From contig CM068763.1 in assembly GCA_035084275.1 (NCBI GenBank), forward strand, positions 5,704,001 through 5,768,000: a DNA stretch of 64,000 nucleotides, in the 5' to 3' direction. Of the stretch, positions 35,970 through 47,950 are shown in pieces. A program made the position numbers and the translations under genes. The notes below the pieces were generated by a model. It was given only the letters and a program-made list of their open reading frames with translations, did not search any database and was not told the DNA's origin. This DNA is from Hydrolagus colliei (taxonomy: Eukaryota). The first letter of the stretch is position 1. Every line of letters begins with the position of its first letter.

Positions 35970-36240
35970 AACGTGCGTTTGTTTACAGCACCTTATCACA
36001 ATAACAAAGTGCTTTAGGATTTACTGTGAGGTGAAGTGACCGTGTATTTATTGGCAGTCAATGCGGCAGTCAATACCAAGGTCTGAAGCGAATGAGGGGA
36101 ATTGTTGGCCAGGACACAGGAAAAAACGTACGGGGAGTTTTACTATTCACTTGGGGAAAAATGCCATGGGATCTTCAACATCACTTTGAAGAGACAGACA
36201 TGACTTCAATTTAATATTTCATTAGAATGGATGGAATCTC
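35970..36240 (-). mobile_element. Old DeuSINE fragment
   Basis: 'ttgttggccaggacacagg...tgccatgggatcttcaacatcac'. Confidence 0.75.
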
Positions 36241-36354
36241 CTCGGGACGACAGATGAGGCCGGGTGTGAGTCTCAATAATGAGAATACCAATAGCTTCCT
36301 CTCCGAGTGAGCTGAGCGCTGTTCACACATATTATCTGTGCCTGTCACCACACT

Positions 36355-37135
36355 GGGCCCTCTTTCCCACCGTTTTGAAGATGGTCCAGGCGGGCGGCGG
36401 GGAGAAGGAGCGGCTGCTGGACTATTGTTAGTCGTTGATTGGTATTGTTTTTATTGTTAATATTGTTGCTTTTGTTATTTACTGTTGTTGATTTTGTTGT
36501 TTATTGTTGTTGTTTGATTCCCCCCACCCGCCCCTGGCCTTTCTCCCCCCCCCTTCTTCTTCCCGCATTCCCTTTCCCCACTTTCTCTCACCCCTTTTCC
36601 CCTTCTCTCCCTCTTCCCTCTTGCCCCCTTTCTCCCTGTTTTTGCCCCCCACCCACCTTTTCCTCCCTCTCTCCGTTGCCCCCCCCATTTCTCCCCCCTC
36701 TTCCTTCCTGACCTTGCTCTACACCACCTTTCCCTCCCTCTCCCTCCCTCTCCCCCCTTGCCCTCTTTTCCCCCTTTCTCTCCTGACCCCATTTCTGTGA
36801 CTGTTTGTGGGACATGGCTGTGCGCAATTCGGCTGCCGCGTTTTGCCCACAAATATACAGTCGGCTCTCCTGCTCTCCTTCCCCTTGCCCTCCCCTTGAC
36901 ATCTTTTCCCCCCCATTTACCTTAATCCCACTTCCATGACTGTTTGTGGGACACTGCTGTGCGCAATTTGGCTGCTACGTTTTGCCCACAAATGTACAGT
37001 CAACTTTCCTACTCTTCTTCGTCCTGCCCCCGACCCCTCCCCACCTTCTCTTGTCCCTACCTAACCATACAGCGCCTTGGGACGTCTTCTCTATGTGAAA
37101 GGCGCTATATAAATGTAAGGATTGGTTGATTGGTT
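36355..37135 (+). mobile_element. Candidate composite retroposon: GC-rich head, (GTT)-rich tract, polypyrimidine tract, two SINE cores, L2 tail
   Basis: Cores at ~36795-36862 and ~36933-37003 separated by C/T tracts; ends 'cagcgccttgggacgtcttctctatgtgaaaggcgctatataaatgtaaggattggttgattggtt'. Confidence 0.55.
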
Positions 37136-37187
37136 CGTTATAGCTCACTGCCCAGCACTGCAGTCGAGGATCAGCAAACTCAATATC

Positions 37188-37468
37188 CTGGAGTAGGGCT
37201 TAGCCCTGTGTTTCGAATCCAGACAGGTCAGGGTGAAACCTTGGACAAGTTTCCTTACTCCACACGCCTAATAATATCCGTCCAAAAAAAATCCTGAAAT
37301 AAATTGGTCATTTCAATCCACGACTGTTTGTGGGGACACTGCTGTGTACAATTGGCTGCTGTGTTTCGCCCACAAATATATAGTCAATCCACTTCACAGT
37401 ATATTCTGTGAAACGCTTTGAGACATCTAGAATCATATGCAAGGATTATTAATGTTATTATTATGATT
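37188..37468 (+). mobile_element. Young SINE with partly deleted head and tail
   Basis: 'gtttcgaatccagacaggtcagggtgaaaccttgg', core, (ATT)n. Confidence 0.92.
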
Positions 37469-37489
37469 AAACTCACAATCTTCAGGCAT

Positions 37490-37815
37490 AAATTTTTGTT
37501 AGGTAAGGGTATCAAGGGAATCATAGAATCATAGGATTATAAAGCACAGAAGGAGGCCACTCAGCCCATATTGTTTGTACCGGCTGTTTGAAAGGAACTA
37601 TCCAAATCAATCCCACTCTGCTGCTCTTTCCCCAAAAATCAATCTGCTTCTCTCTTAAAAGTTGTTATCGAATCGGCTTCGGCATTCTTTCAGGCAATGG
37701 ATTCCAGATCCGAACAACTCGTGAAGCATTTCTCTTCACCTTCCCTCTGTTTCTCAGATAAGTTGCGCATTTGGAGTTCAGGTACAGATCTAACAAAATG
37801 GTGAAACAGCCTACT
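37490..37815. mobile_element. Nested CR1 3' ends (minus copy inside a plus copy)
   Basis: Plus 'aggtaagggtatcaaggga', then minus 'atcatagaatcatagg...gaaggaggccactcagccc', then plus 'ggagttcaggtacagatc'. Confidence 0.7.
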
Positions 37816-39410
37816 TCGGTTTGTAAATCCCTATTAAGAACTCTGAGATGCTACCGCGGGTGAAAGGCGCTATTTAAATGCATGTTGTTGCTGTTTTATG
37901 ACACAATGGTTGAGATTGTTACCGACTGAGCCAGGCTGGCACCTAAACATACATCCCCTGTAACAGAAAGTAGCTGCCAAACTCTGAGAGATAGATCAGT
38001 GGGACCAGGTTATAACAGTCAGTTTTGACACTTCAAATGATCAATTACTATCCAAACAGTTTAGTCTTTCGAACTCTTCCATGGAGATCAAAAGGTGCAA
38101 ATTCCAATTGGTTCAGCTAATAGGCATAGGTATTTCCACCTTCGAGAATAAAATCCAAGTCTATAAACACTGTATTCTCCCTAGAAGAGAGTAGGTGTTG
38201 AGGGCAAGAGCTAAGCAGCATTCCAATGTGTTAACTGGTCTGTTGACATATCAATGTGTCTTGAAGGCATCAACATATCCTCGACCCCATTAGCCTTAGA
38301 TGAGTACAGTGATCTGATCTAGATGAGCTGTGTGTTGTGCATTCACATAATGTATTGAACGATTAATTTCTTGACACAGTTGATAAAATAAATGAAGATT
38401 AATGCAGATTGTTGCAATGGTCTTATCCCAGGCGCTGTCATCTGCAAAGAAACACAAAGTTTAATATAAAAAAACAAAGTAATTAATACCACAAACGGGA
38501 AATAGAGTAATCTATCAGGAAAATTACTTGGGAATTTGAGATTCCAATGTGAACTGCCGGATTTAGGAGGCACAGAACACAAAGAATATGATTTTCTAAG
38601 TGTTTTGCAGAACCAATAAAACGTCTTCAGAATACAGATGTCTCTTCTCTCTGATTAATTTATTCAGAGTTTCATTCCTGGCAGAAGGAGAAAAGTTTCT
38701 TGGGTAAAGTTTGCAGTATTTTGTTAACACGTTCTTTGTGTTAACACAGGCAATCCTCAGAAAGCATTGTAAACTTTACGCTTTGTTCTGACTGTCATCA
38801 AACACAATCCTTCTGATCATGTGTGACTCGGCTGCGGAGTCCAGCATCAACACAATACTTTCCTGAAACACACTCGCTCATTCACTAACTGTAAAAACTG
38901 ACTTAGTGGCTCATCTGATCAGAACAGTACAGAAGGTCTGAGGATATTTGTACGATGGGTTTCCATTCCCCCTTCTGATTATTAATTCCTTCCCCCCAAA
39001 ATTGGTCACTGCAATAAAATCTCTACAATTGTGAACACCATATGGATGTTAAGTGAATCTGCCCGGACCACGATGTTCCAAAGCTTGATTGGAAAGAATA
39101 GAAGCCCCTTATTATAGTGCTTTATAAAAAGGTCTCAAAGCACTTCAGAAACCTTACTGAATGTAGTCTGTGATCTCAAAGTCCAGATAAACAGCTTGAA
39201 CCCATATAATCAGGCAGTGCCAGAGGTGAGATGCTGACAAACTAAGTCAGGCTGATCAGAGATTGATGACCTAATGCTTGAAGTTACAGATATCTATAAT
39301 AATAATAATCCTTGCATTTGATATAGTACTTTTCACGTCTTCTAGACGTCTCAAAGCACTTCACAGAATATACTGTAAAGTGAATTGACTGTATATTTGT
39401 GGGCAAAAAA

Positions 39411-41290
39411 CTAGCAAACAACAAAAAAAAACAGACTCCAAGAGTTTTTACAAATATATAAAGAGGAAAAGGCTATATAGGGTGAATGTGGGTCCATTAC
39501 AGACAGAGACTGGAAGAATTATAATAGGGGACAAAGACATGGCATTAAACAAGTCATTAAACAAGTATTTTTCTAGTCTTCACGGTAGAAGACATTGGAA
39601 ACATACCAAAAATAGAGGGGAATCAAGAAGACAATGCTAGCAAGCAACTTAGGGAGATTAATATTAGTACAGAGATGATAATAGGTAAATTGTCGGGTCT
39701 TAAAACTGATAAATCCCCTGGACCGGATGGCCTGCATCCTAGAGTTTTAAAGGAGGTGGCTACTGAGATAGTGGATGGCTTGTCTATAATCTTCCAAAAT
39801 TCTGTGGATACTGGAAAAGTCCCCATTGATTGGAAGATTGCAAACGTAACTCCACTATTTAAGAAGGGTGGGAGAGAAAATATGGGAAACTATAGACCAG
39901 TTAGTCTGACGTCAGTTGTAGGGAAAATTCTTGAGTCCTTAATAAAAGAAGTAGTTATGGGATACCTTGAAGACCATAAAAAGATTAGGCAGAGACAACA
40001 TGGCTTTACAAAAGGGAAGTCATGCTTGACTAATCTTTTAGAATTTTTTGTGGATGTATCCAGCAGGTTGGATAAGGGGGAACCAGTAGATGTGGTATAT
40101 TTGGATTTTAGGAAGGCATTTGACAAGGTGCCACACAAAAGGCTGTTACTCAAGATTAAGGTCCATGGGATTAATGGGAAAATATTAACATGGATAGAAG
40201 AGTGGCTATCGGGTAGAAAGCAGAGAGTAGTGATAAACGGGTCATTCACGATTTGGCAGGATGTAACTAGTGGAGTGCCACAAGGATCAGTGCTTGGGCC
40301 TCAGCTATTTACTATTTACATCAATGATCTAGATGAGAACATTGAATGTAACGTATCTAAATTCGTGGATGACACTAAACTAGGTAGCAGAGTGAGCTTT
40401 GAGGATGATGCAAAAAGATTGCAACAAGATGTAGATAGGTTAGGGGAGCGGGCAAGTAGGTGCCAGATGGAATTCAATGTTAGCAAGTGTGAAATTATTC
40501 ACCTAGGTAGCAAGAATAAAAGAATAGATTATTTTCTAGAGGGGGAAAAGTTAGATAGTGTTAGTATTCAAAGGGATTTGGGTGTCCTTGTACACCAGTC
40601 CCAAAAAGTTAGTTTGCAGGTGCAGCAAGCAACTAAGAAGGCGAACGGCATGCTAGCGTTCATTTCAAAAGGTTTAGAGTATAAGAGTAGGGAAGTCTTG
40701 CTGCAACTGTATAGGGCCCTGGTGAGACCGCACCTAGAGTATTGTGTGCAGTTTGGGGCTCCTTATTTAAAAAAGGACATACTTGCCTTAGAGAGGGTGC
40801 AGCGTAGATTCACTAGGTTGGTTCCTGGGATGAGGGGACTGACCTATGAGGATAGGGTTGAATAAACTAGGGCTGTGCTCTCCAGAATACAGAAGAATTA
40901 GGGGGGATCTTATTGAAACATATAAGATTCTTAAAGGGCTGGATAAAGTAGACACTGAGGGACTGTTTCCCCTGGTAGGAGAATCTATAACCAGGGGTCA
41001 CAGTCTTAAAATTAAGGGTCAGCCTTTTAGAACAGAGTTGAGGAAACATTTCTTCACTCAGAGGGTAGTGAATTTATGGAATTCACGACCCCAGAAGGCT
41101 GTAGATGCTCAGTCCTTGAACATTTTCAAGGCTGAGAATGATAGATTTTTGAAAAATAGAGGGATTAGGGGATATGGGGATAGGGCAGGTAATCAGAGTT
41201 AGGTGAGAAGATCAGCCATGATTTTATTGAATGGCGGAGCAGGCTCGAAGGGCCGAATGGCCTACTCCTGCTCCTAATTCTTATGTTCTT
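39411..41290 (+). mobile_element. CR1-clade LINE, 5'-truncated, ~1.9 kb, relatively young
   Basis: Continuous ORF2 homology from the 5' junction, a short 3' UTR with hairpin 'gggccgaatggcc', and tail 'tcttatgttctt'. Confidence 0.97.
39675..41202 (+). pseudogene. CR1 ORF2 reverse transcriptase domain, frameshifted near 40855, no endonuclease domain
   Basis: KSPGPDGLHPRVLKE, NYRPVSLTS, QHGFTKGKSCLTNL, YLDFRKAFDKVPH, GVPQGSVLGP, KFVDD (normally FADD). Continues in ORF 40846-41202 (TRGHSLK...FFTQRVVNLWNS). Confidence 0.95.
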
Positions 41291-43249
41291 AAAAATGCGG
41301 CAGCCAATTACGCACAGCAATGTCCCTCAAACAGTTGTGGTTTGAAAATGACCAATTTATTTTAGGTTTTTATGGAGGGACAGATAATTATTAGGCACGT
41401 GGAGTAAGGAAAGTTGCCCAAGGGTTTGCCCTGAACTGTCTGGATTCAAAACACAGGTCTCACGCTTGTAAGGCGAGTGCTCTAACCACTGAGCTACAGG
41501 ACTCCACTATGAAACCTGAATTACAGAAATGTGACAACATCCTGCCTCTTTCTCCTACAGTTTTAATAGTGGTCTCCATTAACCTGTAATATAATAATGA
41601 TAACAATAATAATAATACAAAATCAAAACAGGTTTCCACTGATTCAGTTACAAACCCTCTATAGAGTGTAGAAACAACTCGAATCTACATTGGGCTAACA
41701 CTTAAACCCACTCTCCAGGGAGCAGTGTATCAACTGTAAAAGCAGAACAACACAGAGGCAACAATAACGACTTGCATTTATATAGCAGCCTCCACCCTGG
41801 GCAGTGTCTCAAAGTGCTTGCAAGCGGGACATAGATTTAGGATTGCAAGGGGCAGTTTCAGGACACTCACCAGAAAGTATTTGTTTATATCTAGGTGACT
41901 GGACCTGGTTGTCAGTAAGGATGGTTGAGGTCAATATAACTTGAGAAGAGGGGAGAGGGGTGATCTTGAACAATGAGATCAAATGGGTCAAAGAACCTAT
42001 GAACTAATCTAATAATAACACTTGCATTTTGATATAGTGTCTTTGAGATATTTCAAAGCCCTTCACAGGATATACTGTAAAGTGGATTGACTTTTTTTTA
42101 TTGATTGTGATCTTGTGAATGTCCTGCCCCTCTGTCACTGAAACTCTCTCTGATCCACCATCCATCTGATCTCCCTCAACCCTCCAACCTCCCTCACCCC
42201 ACCCCACTCACCCGTCATCTTGGGCTGTTAAAGTCCTCCAGCAAAGATCGAATGGATATCAAGACTTAGATCCATCCTTATTTTGTGGAGACAATAACAA
42301 ATTGGACAAATTCATTCATTGGCTGTTATTTCACAGTAATTACAGTGCTTGAGAAAAATAAAACAAACATATAAAACTCAATCACTATTTGTTTACTCGT
42401 TATTTACTCTGAAACATTTCCTGTTTATCCACCAGGGCAGGTTATACCCTGGGGATAAGAGATAGCAGCAGGTCTGTGAGTGAGGAGGCACTGAATGAGC
42501 TGATTGGGAAGGTGAATATTCAGCAGCTCTTTTGCCTGAGGCTGTGTAAAGTCCAATGCGCTGGGATATTAAAATCTGATGAAGTCTTTCACTTAGGATT
42601 GACAGAACAAGACAAGCGGATACTGTAGCATAGCATTGTGATGTGAATGGAATTATAGTGTGGTAAACATCAGCCTGTTTGTTCAACTCGAAACATCCAG
42701 AGGCAAAACAAATATCCCCTAAAATGCCGGTGTTCTGAGGGCTGCCTCATAATCAAGGACGGGATAAACTGGGCTCTTCAGCCTTGTTCTGTAACATCTT
42801 AGAGGAGGCTCTTCAGAACACATAAAATCCATCCGTGCCTGAAAACCAGAGTTGGTACTTTTATACAACCACTGAAACTCCCAGCATCGTATGATTCTCT
42901 ATACACACTTGTGGACATTATGTGGGGATATCGGTGCACTAAATTATTGAATCGAATGCCTTAGTTCCTTGGTTTAGCTGCTCACCCCTCAGTTCTACTC
43001 TGGAGCATTAACCTAACCTGTGAGTAAAAAGTACCAATACTGGCCTCGATCCCAGAACCATCTGTTTCTGAGGCAGATTGGTGAATGTGCTGTCATTGAT
43101 TAGCTGCCACCTCAATATTCTCACACACACATACAAGCAGAACATGGTACGCTCATTCACACTCTTCTCCATAAATTGGTTGTCAGAATATAGACAGTGG
43201 TCATCTTTGTTTTTAATGTTGATTGAGGTGTTTGTCTGGCTCAATTGTT

Positions 43250-43600
43250 TGTGGATCAAGCCCAAGATCGGTACTTTGAGCTCACAATCTAGGCTGAGGC
43301 TCGAGTTCTGGTGAAGCGCTGAACTGTCAGAGGTACTATCTTTCAGTTATACTGAGATCCTCTCTGTCAGGTGGATGTTAAAAATTCCACTGGCATTATT
43401 CGAAAAGAGAGAAAATGTTCTTCTGTGTCCTGGCCAACAATTCCCCCAGATAAAATTGATCACTCACTTGATGGCTGTTTGTGTGACATTGCTGTGCTTA
43501 CATTAGCAACTGTGTTGGCCTATAAAATACACAGCCATTACAATTTACAGGAAACTCTGTGAAACAGATGTCGATAGTATAAGTGCTACATCAAACTCGA
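43250..43600 (+). mobile_element. Old DeuSINE
   Basis: 'ttgagctcacaatctaggctga...actgtcagaggt...caggtggatgttaaaaattcca...tgtcctggccaacaatt' plus core. Confidence 0.85.
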
Positions 43601-44461
43601 ATATGAATCTCACAATAAGAGTTGTGATGGAATTGTGAATCAAGCTATTTTAAGTAACTCACCTGAAAATAATGGCACACTTTACCATTAGCATTGACAC
43701 CATTTCAGACTAGGAAACTGCAGCAGAATTACTGAGGTGAAAGAACTAAGCGCAGTTTTACTGGGGTATGAATGTAATAGGTACAGTCAGACTCTAGTCC
43801 ACACCAAAGACTGAGCTGTGCGTCCATGGGTTGCTTTGTTGGGTATGCACTCATCAGTGTGGGTGTCACACATTCCTAAATCAACGACGTTCAACAGTGT
43901 TTCTGTCAAAAGAACAAAAAGGAAAAGGTCAAATCTCTGATTTCAGCAGCTGTTAAACCAAATCATGACAATTTTAATTGCATGTTCAAGTGAACGTTTC
44001 GATGCCAGGCTAACAATCCTCCAGCTTATTCAGTCAAGTACTTTATCGCTGTTTGTAGGTCTCTGCTGATGAAAGTGGCCCTGCATTTTGCCTGCAAACG
44101 CAATCTGCCCTCGGCAGAAATTACTGTAAAATGAGTTGATTCATTTTGATGCGTTAAAGAGTTCTCCATTAAACTTTAGCTGCCACTGATCCGCCCTTTG
44201 TTCAAATCTATTTCAATTCTAAATAGATTATCTTATTTTTGTACAGTTGATATACGATTTGTTACTTCATAAACTATAAGGCAAGTGCAACGTCAGGTGA
44301 TAGAGGAATGGGATCTTGAGGCAAACAAACAAAACATACACAGTGAATGTGGCCATATTGCAACTTTATTAGAAACAAATTTGCCCACAAAAATACCATC
44401 ACTGGACTTCACACTCAATCCTGGGAAGCACTTGGAGATGTCCTCCTGACATGATAGTCAC

Positions 44462-45108
44462 TAGGGTCCGTCGATATGGAAATTTTCTGATTTCGATATA
44501 TCGATGGGCTCATATCGAGATATACCAAAATATCGATATTTTCGGAGTTTTCGTACTGTGCATGCGCACGCGGCATGCGCATTTGGGATGCGCGCGCAAT
44601 CGGGGTGCGCGCGCCTATCTCCTCAGGAGGTAAATATATTTCTCTCTCTGTGTCTCTCATACTCACTCCCTCCATCTCTGTGTTTTTCTGTCTGTGTCTC
44701 TGTCCTCTCTCACATCTCCCCCATTTCTATCTATCTGTATATTATCACATCCACCCGTCTCTCCCCCCCCCCCCCCCCGCTGCCGTCACTCTCTCCTCCC
44801 ACCCACCCCCGCCGCCGTCCCTCTCTCTGACCCCCCCCCGCCGTCTCTCTCCGCACCCCACCCCTTGCATACCTGTATATTGTATTCGAGGACTATGAAT
44901 GCAATATGGCGGCTTTGCACCTCAGTCTGCGCATTGTGTATAGAGATGAGCATTCTGGGTCTTGTAGTTCAGTGTACGCGCATTCCGATTTTTTCCCTCG
45001 ATATATTGATTTTTCGATATATCGATATTTTTAAAATGCCTATATCGGCGTATCGATATGAAAATTATATCGGGTTTTAGCGATATATCGATATATTGCC
45101 GGACCCTA
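44462..45108. mobile_element. Non-autonomous hAT-type DNA transposon (MITE), 647 bp
   Basis: TIRs 'tagggtccgtcgatat' and 'atattgccggacccta'. 8-bp TSD atagtcac (44454-44461) / ataggcac (45109-45116), one mismatch. Subterminal ATCGAT/TCGATA arrays; no transposase ORF. Confidence 0.9.
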
Positions 45109-45224
45109 ATAGGCACTATAACAAATGTAAAGATTATTAAAATTATCTGTGTAAAGAATTAGGTTCTGACAAGTTCTGACAGTGAAAACACCATTTTGAA
45201 AACAAACCGAATAAAATATCGTAA

Positions 45225-45522
45225 AAATAATAATCCTTGTATTTGATATATGCTTGATCACATTATTAAGACATCTCAATTTGCTTCTCAGGATATACTG
45301 TAAAGTGGTTTGACTGTGTATTTTGTAGACGAAATGTGGCAGCCACCTGTGCACAAGAATATCCCACAAACAGCCATGGAGTGGTGACTCATTTTACCAA
45401 TGGAATTGTTAGCCAGGACACTGGGAGAGAGAAATTCCTTTGTTTCAAATCGTGCCATGCGATCCTCACCCCCTGCCTGGACAGGCAATTCGCAACCTTG
45501 GTTTATCGTCTCATCCGAAGGG
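45225..45522 (-). mobile_element. DeuSINE of intermediate type (young-style tail with Deu 5' half)
   Basis: Tail 'aataatccttgtatttgatat', core, then 'gttagccaggacactggg...gtgccatgcgatcc...ggtttatcgtctcatccgaa'. Confidence 0.8.
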
Positions 45523-45789
45523 TAAGAAAAATAGTTTGCCACAAATTATGGATCACAATTAGTTACAAATAAGTGTTGGTCAACGGATCGAAGAATTTAT
45601 CCCACTAACAAACGTTGCAAAGTTAGTTCCAGGATTTTAATCATCAACCTCTTGGATTCTTGCTTACCCTCAAGCGTTCTGGTACACTACCCCACGTGAA
45701 CGGCGCTATATAAATGTAAGCTGTTGTTGTTTTTCTATCCTCTTATTGGTTCTTGAGTATCGGAATATTAATGATAATAACCTTTCCAT

Positions 45790-46160
45790 GTGATCCAGTG
45801 ATTTTGTATTTCAGAGATGTCTCAAAGCATCAAGGTGTTCCCCAATCAATCAATAAACTGTGCCAATTTTGCACAGCTGTGTCCCACAAGCACCCATGGA
45901 TCGAAGGATCAATTTTATTTGAGTGGCCAGAATACCAGTAAAAACTACCTTCTGTATTTCAATATTCCCATGGGATTTTCAACTTCCACCTGAACAAACA
46001 GACAGGACCTCATTTTAACATCCTACCAGAGAGTGGCACAACTAATACTACAGTGGAGCCTCAAACCAGATAATGTGAGCATGAAACCCCAAAGTGGGGC
46101 TGGAACCCATGACCTTCTGATAAAGAGGCAGGAGAGCTAACAACTGAGCTAGGCTGACAC
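45790..46160 (-). mobile_element. Old DeuSINE
   Basis: 'ccatgggattttcaacttccacctgaacaaacagac' and head 'gaacccatgaccttctgataaagaggcaggagagctaacaactgagctaggctgacac'. Confidence 0.8.
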
Positions 46161-47893
46161 CTATGACTTCAATACTGATTTGATGAAGCCAATCTGTCCC
46201 CAAAACACAGAGATACAGTAGGAGCCACAGCAAGTTGGGAGATGGAGGTAAAGCAGGAGGTACACAGAGCTACAGGACTCCATATTTAGTACATCAAGAA
46301 TGTTTAGTACATGGAACCTGTTACACCAGTAAATTAATAGGCTTTTGAGGTCTCAGCTCACATGATTAAGCCAAGCCTTAGGGCTGCACTCATCCTGTTT
46401 TAGGGCTCACAGGCTCGAACGCAGCCACTGATCAGAATGGCAGATAGCTTCTTCAATCATCCGTAATATTAATTAAAAATGATACTCACTCTAAAGGTCA
46501 AATGAGTTAGACTTTTCAAGAGTCATCATATCAAATGCAAAGATTATCATTATAAATTAAAACAGCTTTGTATTTCCCTTAAGAATTAGAGACACTGCTC
46601 TGAGGTGGAATGTTACATGATATATGCAAAAAAAAGTCAGTTGATTACTTGGTTTGGTTCAGTCTCTCCAAAATCATTTAACATTCCTTTAGCAACTCAG
46701 CCAACATGGGAAGAGTACTCAATAACTTTGCCGTGAGGTATTTCAGCGAAGAATTAAAAAGGAAAAAAGACAAATGGATTCCTCATAAAAATGTTTTAAA
46801 ATATTGATATTAATATATTAACATTCAGATATTATGCAAAGAAATTCAAGCTTGTCACTTATTCTTCTCTATCAAAGACCCACAGGTTAGGCCAGGTGCC
46901 TTAAGGAGATTAATTTGTTGCAAATTGTGAATTGAACGATAATTAATTTTAACTCGGAAACATGATGTACAAATTAATTCAAATTCAAGGAAAAACATTC
47001 TTCGAATTGCAGGGAAATTTGTCTCTAGGATAGGAATTAAAGCCGTCGTGAGAGCAGGAACGTGGCAGATCAACACTGTACCTCAACATGAAAGGCAGGT
47101 TATGGCGATTATGATAATGGTACCTCATGTATTTCGATAATTAAAAATAATCCTTACATTTGGATCAGAGCCCTTCAAATTGGGAGGACATCTCAAAGCT
47201 CTCACAGGATTGACTGCAAAGTAGATTTTTAAGCCAACACGGCAGCCAGTTTGCACACAGCAATGTCTCACAAACAGCATGACGTGAATGAACAAGTAAT
47301 CGCCAGTATCAATCTAAACCCAGGAGTGATGGCAAATCCCATTTCTCTGCGATATTCCTCAATTAGAGGAGTTCTAACACATCAAACGTTTTGAAAGATG
47401 AGTTCAAAAACAGTTTTTAGCAATTTATTGATGTGATTATACATTTCTTATAGAGATATATATATATCATGGCATGGTGCTGGCTTTCAACCAACTTTGG
47501 ATACAACACTGGGAAGACTAGGATGTCCATTTGAATTGAGTTTATATGAACTTTCAAAAGGCATCTGACAACGTGCCATATAAGAGACTTGTAAGGAAAA
47601 TATTAAAGGGCCAGTGGCAGCATGGATCCAGAAATGTGGCTAGGAGACAGAAAGCAGAGATTTGTGGCGAACAGTTGTTTTTCTGACTGGAGAGAAGTGT
47701 TCAGTGGCATCCCCCAGGGATCTGTATTGGGACCACTGCTCTTTTTAATATATATATATGATCTGGACTTGGCTATAGGGAGTACAATTTCCAAGTTTGC
47801 AGATGATACAACGTTAGGAAAAGTAGTAAATGGTGAGGAGGATAGTAGCAAACTGCAAGAGGACATCGACAGAATGGTAAAATGGGCAGACAA

Positions 47894-47950
47894 CAACAAC
47901 AAAATTAGATTTATAGAGCACTTTTCACGTCGGGAGTATGTCCCAAGGCA
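47894..47950 (-). mobile_element. Hairpin-only L2 tail micro-insertion with 7-bp TSD, inside the CR1 RT
   Basis: 'cagacaa' at 47887-47893 and 47951-47957. Removing the insert and one TSD copy restores KWADKWQMKFN. Confidence 0.92.

Larger units (their letters stand above)
39297..41507 (-). mobile_element. Young SINE split into 39297-39410 and 41291-41507 by a CR1 insertion
   Basis: The left part ends 'tatatttgtgggcaaaaaa'; the right part resumes 'aaaaatgcggcagccaattacgc' and runs to the head 'ctgagctacaggactccac'. Confidence 0.93.

Noticed and set aside
36439-36916. Pro/Leu-rich and Gly/Arg/Glu-rich ORFs
   Set aside because: They are translations of low-complexity polypyrimidine/polypurine tracts.
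39675-40865. 396-aa RT ORF as an active or domesticated gene, or a prokaryotic retron/DGR-type RT
   Set aside because: It is typical CR1 ORF2: 5'-truncated, no endonuclease, frameshifted, FADD changed to FVDD, followed by a CR1 tail and inserted in a SINE.
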